From NCBI GenBank assembly GCA_963699755.1, contig CAVOVB010000001.1:1280001-1344000 (forward strand): a stretch of 64,000 bases of DNA, read 5' to 3'. This stretch comes from an uncultured delta proteobacterium (GTDB lineage: Bacteria; Myxococcota_A; Polyangia; Polyangiales; Houyiibacteriaceae). A program made the position numbers and the translations under genes. Shown here one piece after another: positions 28,448 to 36,644 of this stretch (its first letter is position 1; each line of letters starts with the position of its first letter). The notes beneath the pieces were generated by a model. The model had not been told where the DNA came from and made no database searches. It was given only the letters and a program-made list of their open reading frames with translations.

Positions 28448-29848
28448 TCAGCGTTCCATCAGAGCGAGTAGGATCCGATCTGGCGCGTCTTCGAAACTAC
28501 CGTTCGACATGACTACGATCGTGTCCCCCGGACGCGCTTCAGCCGCTGCCGCGTCGACCGCTTCGCGAACGCTTCTGCACGCCCGTGCCTGCCCGCCACG
28601 AGCCACGATCGCTGCTGCGATCTCCTGCGTGTTGAGCTTCTCCTCCGAGGGGATCTCAGTCCGAGCTACCGGCGCCAATATGCAAACGTCTGCCGGCGCG
28701 AAGGCATCTGCATAGGCGTCCTGGTGCAAGCGCCGTGACGCGGTCGCACTCCTTGGTTCATAAAGCGCGATCAGTCTTCCCTTCATGCGCTCGCGGAAGC
28801 CGAACAGAGTTTCCTTCACAGCCGTCGGATGGTGCGCGAAGTCGTCGTAGACTTCCACTCCGTTGCTGATTCCGACGAGCTCTTGGCGACGCTTGGTTCC
28901 ACGAAAGCCGGGCACAGCGGCCATCAACTTGTCGAGAGGCGCGCCAGCGGCTTCGCATGCCATGGCAAGCGCCGCAACGGTGTTCCGCGCATTGTAGCGG
29001 CCCAGCAATGGCAGTTTGGCGCGCCCGCAGAGCGAGCCGCTCCCGAATAGGTCCATGGTGCCGCCCGGAGCGGGCATACCGAGCCACGTCGGGTGAATGT
29101 CGCCGCAATCGTCGCCGTCCAGTGCGTAGAAATGCACCTTGCAATGCGCGACGGAGGCGACCTCGCGGACCAGTGGGTCTCCCGCCCATGCGAAGAGCCA
29201 GCCGCCTCGAGGAATCAGCTCGACGAACCGACGAAACGCAGCGACGTATGCGTCCGCGTTGGGATAGATGTCGACGTGGTCGTACTCGATCGAGGTTAGA
29301 ATCGCGGCGCTTGGATGGTAGCTCCAGAACTTAGGCTCTTTTTCGAAGAACGCGCTGTCGTATTCGTCGCCCTCAACCACGAAGGGAGCGCCTTCGGACC
29401 CGAGGCGTGAGCTTCGATCGAAGTTCAATGCGATCCCCCCAATGAAGAAGCCGGCGTCTATCCCGGCCTGCCGAAGAAGGTATGCGAGCAACGTCGACGT
29501 CGTCGTCTTTCCATGTGTACCGGCAACGACCAAGGGCTTGCGCCGCGCAAGAACTTTTGCCGCGAGCGCTCCGGGCATCGATAGCGTCGGAAGCCCGCGA
29601 CTCATCGCCTCTTGGGCTTCGGGGTTGTCTCGCCTACAAACGTTGCCAACCACGACGAGATCCGGATTCGTGTCCAGGTTCTTGCTTCGCCAACCCTCGA
29701 GGCATTCGATGCCGAGCTCTGCCAGGTACGGGCCAACCGGCGGGTCAAACGCCGTGTCGCTCCCGCTGACGCGATGCCCCCCCTCGATCAGGAGCGCCGC
29801 GAGCGCGCTCATCCCCGTGCCTGCGATCCCGATCAGATGAACGTGCAT
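28448..29848 (-). CDS. mpl: UDP-N-acetylmuramate:L-Ala-gamma-D-Glu-mDAP ligase (murein peptide ligase)
   Basis: HLIGIAGTGM, AGTHGKTTT, EGDEYDSAFF, DDFAHHPT, EPRSAT, MSNGSF. Confidence 0.88.
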   Translation of the reverse strand: MHVHLIGIAGTGMSALAALLIEGGHRVSGSDTAFDPPVGPYLAELGIECLEGWRSKNLDTNPDLVVVGNVCRRDNPEAQEAMSRGLPTLSMPGALAAKVLARRKPLVVAGTHGKTTTSTLLAYLLRQAGIDAGFFIGGIALNFDRSSRLGSEGAPFVVEGDEYDSAFFEKEPKFWSYHPSAAILTSIEYDHVDIYPNADAYVAAFRRFVELIPRGGWLFAWAGDPLVREVASVAHCKVHFYALDGDDCGDIHPTWLGMPAPGGTMDLFGSGSLCGRAKLPLLGRYNARNTVAALAMACEAAGAPLDKLMAAVPGFRGTKRRQELVGISNGVEVYDDFAHHPTAVKETLFGFRERMKGRLIALYEPRSATASRRLHQDAYADAFAPADVCILAPVARTEIPSEEKLNTQEIAAAIVARGGQARACRSVREAVDAAAAEARPGDTIVVMSNGSFEDAPDRILLALMER

Positions 29849-29894
29849 GCGCGCTCCAGATCACTGCAATTGCCATGCAATATTGGGTCCGGTG

Positions 29895-29922
29895 TTGACA
29901 GAGTCACTGCTGGTTCCATTAT
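29895..29922 (+). promoter_or_regulatory. Sigma-70-type promoter upstream of 49-aa ORF
   Basis: Perfect TTGACA (29895-29900), 16-nt spacer, CATTAT (29917-29922). Confidence 0.5.
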
Positions 29923-29931
29923 GAAGGGAAC

Positions 29932-30081
29932 GTGGCCGAAAGTTCGAAAAAGTTTTCCGATCGGGTGCGCGAGGTGATGGATGCCTTGATCGACGCGCTC
30001 GAAGGCTTGCTCAGCCCGCCCCCGGTAGCCGTTCCGGTGCGCGTCAGGCCGCCACGTCTGCCTAGCAGACGCCGTCGCTGA
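29932..30081 (+). CDS. 49-aa small hypothetical protein
   Basis: GTG-started MAESSKKFSDRVREVMDALIDALEGLLSPPPVAVPVRVRPPRLPSRRRR fills the mpl-oxidoreductase gap; GAAGGGA just upstream; not in ORF track. Confidence 0.55.
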   Translation: MAESSKKFSDRVREVMDALIDALEGLLSPPPVAVPVRVRPPRLPSRRRR

Positions 30082-30088
30082 GTCCGGG

Positions 30089-32269
30089 TCACTCGGCTGC
30101 GGCGACCCGTTCTGCGGCCTTGAGCGTCACGGGTACTCCGCTGAACGCTGCGTTTCCACTGAGCTCGTCGATCAGCTGGTCGTCGGTCAGGTCGTTGACG
30201 CTCACGCCCGGGTGATTCGTGGCAACGCCCAGCTTCACGCCTTCGCGACCATGACCGAAGCCGTGCGGGAGGCTTACGACCCCGGGCATCATGTCGGCTG
30301 TGATCTCGGCTGGAGCGGTAACCTCGCCGACGCGCGAGCGCAATGTGACCTCGTCACCGGCCTTCACACCGAATCGCTCGGCGTCGTCCGGGTGGATCAT
30401 CAGCGTGCACCGCGTCTTTCCCTTCATGAGTCGAGGGCTGTTGTGCATCCAGGAGTTGTTGCTGCGAAGGTGCCTGCGCCCGATGAGGAGGAGCTTGCCC
30501 TCCGGGGTGGCCGACACCTGGGAAGCGAATCGCGAACGAAGCCGCGCGAGGTCCTCTACGAAGAGCTGAGGCGCCAAGTCGATCGCGCCATGGGCTTCAG
30601 GGATCCGTTCCGGCAAACAACTCTGAAGGGGCCCGAGGTCGACTCCGTGTGATTCCTTCTTGAGCTTGCCGAGCGAAAGGCCGGCTCCGAGCGGGTTGAA
30701 TCGTCTTCCATAAGGGCCCAGTCGAAGGCCGAGGTCGAGCACACGCTCTGGGCCCGCCTTCTGCGCTGCCCGAGCCATCAAGTACTCCTTGCTCAGCTTT
30801 CCGTGACGCTTGGCCGCCATTCGGCAGCTCAGCTCGCTCAGGATCTCCCAGTCGTCGAGCTCGTCTTCGGCAGTAGCGAAGGGCGGTGGGGAGTAGTTCG
30901 CAGTATTGCGGACAGCCACCAGATTGAGGGCAAGGTCGTAGTGGCTCCGCTGAATCGGCGAGACCGGGGGTAGGATCAAGTCCGCGTGCCGGCTCGTCTC
31001 GTTGATGAAGAAATCGATCGCCAAGGTGAACTCGAGCGATTGGAACGCCTGGTCGAGGCGTCCGCCGTTCGGGGTCGACAGAATCGGGTTGCCCGCAAGG
31101 ATCACCATCGCCCGGATCTGCCCATCGCCCTCGGTGAGGATTTCTTCAGCCATCACCGACGACGGCAACTCGCCTCCAAACTCGGGCAAGCCCCGAACGC
31201 GACTGCGCCAACGTCCGTACGAGCCGCGTCCGAGGCCGAAACCCGCGATCTTCTGAAGGGAGTCGATCGCTGGGGTCGCGAACATCCAGCCACCGGGCTC
31301 GTCGAGGTTCCCAGTGACCGCGTTGAGGGCGTTGATGAGCCACATGTTGAGACCGCCGAACTCCTGCGTGCAGGCGCCCATTCGGCCATACGCGACGGCT
31401 GTGGCGGCGCCTTGCATCTCGCGCGCAAGCCGTTTTACCGTGGCTGCCGGAATTCCGGTGATCGCCTCGCTCGTTTCGGGTGGATACGTCTCGGCGATTT
31501 CGATCAGACGATCGAGGTTTTTCACGTGCGATTTCAATCGACCGAGGTCGACCCCCGAAGCGCACACTTCGTGCAGCATGCCGAGAAGGAACAGCGCGTC
31601 GGTACCCGGTTGGATGAAGACGTGCTCGTCCGCGATCTGCGCGGTCTCGGACCTCCGGGGGTCCACCACGACGACTTTGCCGCCGCGCTTGCCGATCGCT
31701 TCGAGACGCTTCTTGATTCCGGGGGCCGACATGAGGCTCCCGTTCGATGCAAGCGGGTTGGCGCCGATGAGCATCATGAAGTCGGTCCGATCGACGTCCG
31801 GCACGGGAAACAGCAACTGGTGCCCGTACATGAAGTACGAGGCGAACATGAGCGGCCACTGGTCACAGGAGCTTGCCGAGAACCGATTTTTGGTACCGAG
31901 CGCACGGAAAAACGCAGGGCCGTAGACGAGCGTTCCGAAATTGTGGGCGTTCGGGTTGCCGAAATAGAGCCCAACAGCGCTGAGGCCGCTCTCTTGCTGA
32001 ACAGCGTCGAGCCGGTCGATGGCCAAGTCGAAGGCTTCATCCCAGGAGATGGGCTCCCAACGGCTTCCGACTTTGCGGACCGGCTGCTTCAATCGGTCGG
32101 GGTCGTCATAGAGGTCTTTGAGTGCGGTCGCTTTGGGGCAGATGTGGCCGTGACTGAGGACGTCTGCATCGTCGCCGCGGATCGACTTGACTTCGGTGCC
32201 GTCGATTTCGACTTCGAGTCCGCACATCGCTTCGCAGAGATTGCAGGTTCGGTAGTGGGTACTGCTCAT
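30089..32269 (-). CDS. Molybdopterin oxidoreductase family protein (uncharacterised MopB subgroup)
   Basis: [4Fe-4S] motif CNLCEAMC...CPK, ISWDEA, VVVDPR, GTDA, NSWMHN, IHPDDA, LPHGFGH. Confidence 0.88.
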   Translation of the reverse strand: MSSTHYRTCNLCEAMCGLEVEIDGTEVKSIRGDDADVLSHGHICPKATALKDLYDDPDRLKQPVRKVGSRWEPISWDEAFDLAIDRLDAVQQESGLSAVGLYFGNPNAHNFGTLVYGPAFFRALGTKNRFSASSCDQWPLMFASYFMYGHQLLFPVPDVDRTDFMMLIGANPLASNGSLMSAPGIKKRLEAIGKRGGKVVVVDPRRSETAQIADEHVFIQPGTDALFLLGMLHEVCASGVDLGRLKSHVKNLDRLIEIAETYPPETSEAITGIPAATVKRLAREMQGAATAVAYGRMGACTQEFGGLNMWLINALNAVTGNLDEPGGWMFATPAIDSLQKIAGFGLGRGSYGRWRSRVRGLPEFGGELPSSVMAEEILTEGDGQIRAMVILAGNPILSTPNGGRLDQAFQSLEFTLAIDFFINETSRHADLILPPVSPIQRSHYDLALNLVAVRNTANYSPPPFATAEDELDDWEILSELSCRMAAKRHGKLSKEYLMARAAQKAGPERVLDLGLRLGPYGRRFNPLGAGLSLGKLKKESHGVDLGPLQSCLPERIPEAHGAIDLAPQLFVEDLARLRSRFASQVSATPEGKLLLIGRRHLRSNNSWMHNSPRLMKGKTRCTLMIHPDDAERFGVKAGDEVTLRSRVGEVTAPAEITADMMPGVVSLPHGFGHGREGVKLGVATNHPGVSVNDLTDDQLIDELSGNAAFSGVPVTLKAAERVAAAE

Positions 32270-32314
32270 CGGCGAAGCATACCCGAGTCTAGGCCCTCGG
32301 CGTACCCGGCGCGT

Positions 32315-34528
32315 TCAGCCCTTTCCGAACGAGAATGACGTGCCGTCGGAGTCGACAGCGATCGTATCGCCTTCGCCGAACTGGCCGCCCAGAAGAGCCT
32401 CCGCCAGAGGGTCCTGTAGCTCCCGAACGAGGACCCGCTTCAAGGGACGCGCTCCGAACGCCGGCTCGTAACCCAGGTCGATCAGTCGCGCTTTTGCACC
32501 ATCGGTCAGCGTCAGGCTGATCTCTCGAGGTGCCAGGAGCTGCTGGAGCTGCCGAAGCTGAATTTCGAGAATCGCCGCGAGATCGCCCTTGTCGAGCCGA
32601 TCGAAGATCAGCACTTCGTCGACGCGGTTGAGGAACTCCGGCCGGAAATAGTCGTGGAGCCGATCTTCGATCCGCTCTCGCAGCTTTTCGTCGGAGCCTT
32701 CGTGCTCGAGGATGAGCTCGCTTCCCACGTTCGAAGTCATGATGATGACCGTGTCGTGGAAGTGTGCGACCCGTCCTCGCGAGTCGCTCAGCCGACCGTC
32801 CTCCAAAACCTGGAGCAGGATGTTGAAAACGTCGGGGTGAGCCTTCTCGACTTCGTCGAACAAGATGACGGAGTAGGGTCGGCGCCTGACCGCCTCCGTC
32901 AGAAAGCCGCCTGCCTCGCTGTCGACGTATCCCGGTGGCGCGCCGAGCAGGCGAGCGACCATGTGCCTTTCCATGAACTCGCTCATGTCTAGCCGGGTCA
33001 GCGCAGCCTCGTCGTCGAACAAAAACGCCGCAAGGGCCTTGGCAAGCTCGGTCTTGCCCACACCTGTCGGGCCGAGAAAGAGAAAGGAGCCGATGGGACG
33101 CTTGGGATCGCGGAGGCCGACGCGGCCACGGCGCACCGCCTTGCTCAGCGCGCTCACGGCATGATCCTGGCCCACAACCCGCTCGCGAAGCCGATCCTCC
33201 ATCTGAAGAAGCTTCTGCGCTTCTTCCTCCATCATCTTTGCGGCGGGCACTCCAGTCCAAAGCGCCACGACGGCAGCGACGTCTTCGGGGCCAACCGTTC
33301 TGTCTGACTCGTCACCGTCGAGCCCCAGGCGAACACGCGCCGCGCTCTCATCGATGAGATCGATTGCGCTCTTCGGAAGCTCGCGCCCCGCGACGTAGCG
33401 CCGCGCAAAGCGAACGGCGGCCTCGATCGCCGGCTCGGTGATTTCCACCTCATGAGCGGCCTCAAAACGGCCTTTCACCCCTTGCAAAATCGCGACCGCC
33501 TCCTCTGGGCCTGGCGGTTCGATCTGAATGGGGACGAACCTCCGCGAGAGCGTGCTCGCTTCGTCGTTGATCTCCCGAAGCTCGTCCGGCGTACAGCGGG
33601 CGAGGGCTCGAACCTCGCCTCGGCTCAGCGCGTTGGCGAGCATGTCCCCGGCGCCTCCCTTTGCACGCAGGAACGAGGCCAGGTTCGGCAGAAACAAGAT
33701 CACTTGCCCCCCGGAATCGCGGACGGAGTCGAGGATCGCGCGCATGCGCTCTTCGAGTTGCCCACGAAGCCTCGTTCCCGCGACGAGCTCGCCCGAGTCG
33801 AGCGCGATGATCCGTTTGTCATCCAAGAGGTCGGGCACCTCACCTGCCGCAATCCTCGAGGCGAGCGCATGGACGAGCGCCGTGCGCCCCGTTCCGTCTT
33901 CGCCAACGAGCAGAGGGTTCTTCTCCTCGCGCCGTGCGAGGACCTGGAGCATCCGGCGAAGCTCGGCCTCCCGACCCACGAGAGGATCGAAGGCATCTTG
34001 GCTCGCCAAACGCGTCAGATCGAGGCCGTACTCCTCCAAAACGCCCGTTTTTGCAACTGCTGCGCGGCCAGGCTCGCGGTTTTCGCTGCCGTCTCCCAAG
34101 GCCTCCCGCAAAATCGCGCTGCTCAAGCCGGCGCTTCGCAGAACCGAGTGCAATGAACCGTTAGGCTCTTGAGCGCAGGCCAGAACCAAGTTCGCCGTTT
34201 CGACCGGCAGCCCAGCGTGCTGCGTCGCTTCGCGCTCTGCCCGCGACAGCAGCTCTAGAAATCGAGATGAAAGATACGCTTCCCCCCCGCCGTCGGTCTT
34301 CGCGAGCCTCCGAAGCGCCCACTCGGAATCGATCAGAAGGTCGGTCGCGTTCACGCCTGCTCTCTCGAGTGCGGCTTGCGCCTCCGGCGCCTGATCCACC
34401 AGCTCATACCAAAGATGGATCGGTTGGACTTCTGCGTGCTTGCGATCGTCTGCGAGTCGTTGCGCCGCCGCGACGTACCGCCGCGCTTCCTCGCCGTATG
34501 AATCGAGCCGCAGGGTGAGTTTCTTCAA
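32315..34528 (-). CDS. ClpB-like Hsp100 AAA+ protein with degenerate NBD1 and no middle domain
   Basis: Clp N domain; NBD2 intact (GPTGVGKT, GYVD, LFDEVEK, RPEFLNR, GARPLKR); NBD1 GEDGTGRT / ILFLPNL; 737 aa. Confidence 0.85.
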   Translation of the reverse strand: MKKLTLRLDSYGEEARRYVAAAQRLADDRKHAEVQPIHLWYELVDQAPEAQAALERAGVNATDLLIDSEWALRRLAKTDGGGEAYLSSRFLELLSRAEREATQHAGLPVETANLVLACAQEPNGSLHSVLRSAGLSSAILREALGDGSENREPGRAAVAKTGVLEEYGLDLTRLASQDAFDPLVGREAELRRMLQVLARREEKNPLLVGEDGTGRTALVHALASRIAAGEVPDLLDDKRIIALDSGELVAGTRLRGQLEERMRAILDSVRDSGGQVILFLPNLASFLRAKGGAGDMLANALSRGEVRALARCTPDELREINDEASTLSRRFVPIQIEPPGPEEAVAILQGVKGRFEAAHEVEITEPAIEAAVRFARRYVAGRELPKSAIDLIDESAARVRLGLDGDESDRTVGPEDVAAVVALWTGVPAAKMMEEEAQKLLQMEDRLRERVVGQDHAVSALSKAVRRGRVGLRDPKRPIGSFLFLGPTGVGKTELAKALAAFLFDDEAALTRLDMSEFMERHMVARLLGAPPGYVDSEAGGFLTEAVRRRPYSVILFDEVEKAHPDVFNILLQVLEDGRLSDSRGRVAHFHDTVIIMTSNVGSELILEHEGSDEKLRERIEDRLHDYFRPEFLNRVDEVLIFDRLDKGDLAAILEIQLRQLQQLLAPREISLTLTDGAKARLIDLGYEPAFGARPLKRVLVRELQDPLAEALLGGQFGEGDTIAVDSDGTSFSFGKG

Positions 34529-34806
34529 GCCTCGTCGTCCGCTGCTTTCACCGCCGCCACGAATCGAAGCCGCAAGTCGTACAGGACTTCGGAGATCAGC
34601 CGCTCCTCCTCACCAGTGAGGTTTCCCCTCGTCTTCTCTTCGAGCAGTGCGATGCAGTCGATCGATTGCTTGGCGTGGGCTAGGTTGACCGGCGAGTCGT
34701 CTTCAACGCCCGGCAGCTTGCCGAGATGCATGAGCGCGGATGTGCTCAGCGACAAGATGAAGGTGTTGAAGTCGATGATCGGTTCGTCGCTCTCTTCATC
34801 ACTCAT
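34525..34806 (-). CDS. DUF1844 domain-containing protein
   Basis: IDFNTFILSLSTSALMHLG...AKQSIDCIALLEEKTRGNLTGEE...LYDLRLRFV; TTGA overlap with clp gene. Confidence 0.85.
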   Translation of the reverse strand: MSDEESDEPIIDFNTFILSLSTSALMHLGKLPGVEDDSPVNLAHAKQSIDCIALLEEKTRGNLTGEEERLISEVLYDLRLRFVAAVKAADDEA

Positions 34807-34820
34807 GGGCGTTGCTCCGC

Positions 34821-34991
34821 CTACGGCTCGTCTTTCGAATCGCCGGGGTCGATCTCGACCGTATCGTACGAACCTTCGCGATCGACGAGGGCCGTCAGGT
34901 GCTGCTCGTACTCTTCCTTCGAAATCAAGCCTTTCGTGATGTTGCGTTCCACGATGCGCTTGTCGACTAGTCTATCACCCAAGGTTGCCAT
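34821..34991 (-). CDS. 56-aa small hypothetical protein
   Basis: MATLGDRLVDKRIVERNITKGLISKEEYEQHLTALVDREGSYDTVEIDPGDSKDEP; stop 14 bp before the DUF1844 ATG; not in ORF track. Confidence 0.7.
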   Translation of the reverse strand: MATLGDRLVDKRIVERNITKGLISKEEYEQHLTALVDREGSYDTVEIDPGDSKDEP

Positions 34992-35051
34992 GCGGCCGAG
35001 TGTAGATTCGCCTCACCCGCTGTCAACTCACACTAGTTTGACACCCTCGCG

Positions 35052-36578
35052 GTGACCTCCGATCCTGAATTCGTGCTCCGGACCGTACCACCATCGGCCG
35101 ACCAGCTGCGCGAGCTGGAGATCCTGATTCGCGCACACCACCCACTCTTGCTCGTGGATACCGTCGAGGAACAGCGTGTTCACGTGCTGCTCGAGCATGC
35201 CGCGGAGCGCATCGGCTTGCCACTTTTCTCCTGGACTCAGGTCGATGGTCTCCGCCGTGAGCTTCCAGAGCCAGGGCACACCCCGGAGAGCGGACCCCCT
35301 CAGAAGGCGCTCTCTTTCATCGAGCGATCGAACCTGGAAGCGATCTTTCATCTTCAAGGGCTCGGACCCTATCTTCACGAGCCCGCCGTCGTTGCGCGGA
35401 TCAAGAACATCCACAAGAAGTACTTCGGGCACCGCGGAGCTGTCGTCGTATCCGGCCAGGGCCTCGACATGCCTCCGGCGATCGAGCATCTCTTCACGCC
35501 GCTCAGTCTGCATGCTCCGTCGTCAGAGGCCTATCATTCGTTCGTGCAAGCGGTGCTCCGCGACCTGGCCAAGCGTCATCGCGTAAAGGTGGAGCTATCG
35601 AGCGTCGACGTGTCGAAGCTCCTTGCCGCCTTGCACGGCCTCACCTTCTTCGAGGTACAGAAGATCATTACCCAGGCCGTGGTCGAGGACGGCGTCTTGG
35701 GGCGCGAGGATATCGTCAAGGTTCTCGAGGCCAAGCGTCAGATCATCGAACGCTCCGGGGTGCTCGAGTACTTCCCGCACGAGCACCAGATGGGCGACGT
35801 TGCGGGTCTCACCGAGCTCAAGGGCTGGCTTCGCAAGCGCCAGGCGGCCTTCGAAGACCCGAAGCGAGCGAAAGAGTACGGACTATCCCCGCCCAAAGGT
35901 CTGATGTTGATCGGTGTCCAGGGTTGCGGAAAGAGCCTATGTGCCAAAGCGGTGGCCGCCGAGTGGAAGCTCCCCTTGATCCGTCTAGACCCATCGAACC
36001 TCTACAACCGCTACGTCGGCGAGAGCGAAAAGAACCTGAAGCGAGCGATCAAGCTCGCAGAAGCGATGGCGCCAGTGGTCCTTTGGATCGATGAGATCGA
36101 AAAGGCGCTTTCACAAGAGGACGCAGAGGGCGGGCCCGCACAGCGGATCTTCGGTACCTTCCTCGCCTGGCTTCAGGACAAGAAGGAGAATGTCTTCGTC
36201 ATTGCCACCGCCAATGACATTTCAAAGCTTCCGCCGGAGCTGATGCGCAAAGGCCGCTTCGACGAGATCTTCTTCGTGGACCTTCCTGGAACCGAGGCGC
36301 GCAAGCGGATCTTGGAGATCCACCTGGAGCGCCGAAAACGCAATCCGGAGAAGTTCGACATCCGACGGCTGGTCGACCTGACCGACGGTTTCAGCGGTGC
36401 CGAGATCGAGCAAGCCGTCGTCTCCGCCCTATACACGGCCTTCTCCCGGCAAGAAGATCTCACGACCGAAGTCATCGCGGACGAGCTCGAACTGACGAGG
36501 CCGCTCTCGGTCACGATGGCCGAGCGGATTGACGCCCTCCGCGAATGGGCCAAGGATCGCGCGGTTTTCGCCGGCTGA
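35052..36578 (+). CDS. AAA+ ATPase, Ycf46-like
   Basis: GVQGCGKS, LWIDEIEK, ATAND, RKGRFDEIFFVDLP, GFSGAEIE, LREWAKDRA. Confidence 0.85.
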   Translation: MTSDPEFVLRTVPPSADQLRELEILIRAHHPLLLVDTVEEQRVHVLLEHAAERIGLPLFSWTQVDGLRRELPEPGHTPESGPPQKALSFIERSNLEAIFHLQGLGPYLHEPAVVARIKNIHKKYFGHRGAVVVSGQGLDMPPAIEHLFTPLSLHAPSSEAYHSFVQAVLRDLAKRHRVKVELSSVDVSKLLAALHGLTFFEVQKIITQAVVEDGVLGREDIVKVLEAKRQIIERSGVLEYFPHEHQMGDVAGLTELKGWLRKRQAAFEDPKRAKEYGLSPPKGLMLIGVQGCGKSLCAKAVAAEWKLPLIRLDPSNLYNRYVGESEKNLKRAIKLAEAMAPVVLWIDEIEKALSQEDAEGGPAQRIFGTFLAWLQDKKENVFVIATANDISKLPPELMRKGRFDEIFFVDLPGTEARKRILEIHLERRKRNPEKFDIRRLVDLTDGFSGAEIEQAVVSALYTAFSRQEDLTTEVIADELELTRPLSVTMAERIDALREWAKDRAVFAG

Positions 36579-36644
36579 GCGATGTGGGATAGCGCCGGCT
36601 GGGCGGGTGCTCTAGCTTCTACTCCTTAGTTTGCGGGGTCTCCG

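Noticed and set aside
32315..34528. Calling the Clp protein ClpV (type VI secretion), ClpA or canonical ClpB
   Set aside because: No T6SS genes nearby, no ClpP-docking loop, no M-domain, and NBD1 is degenerate
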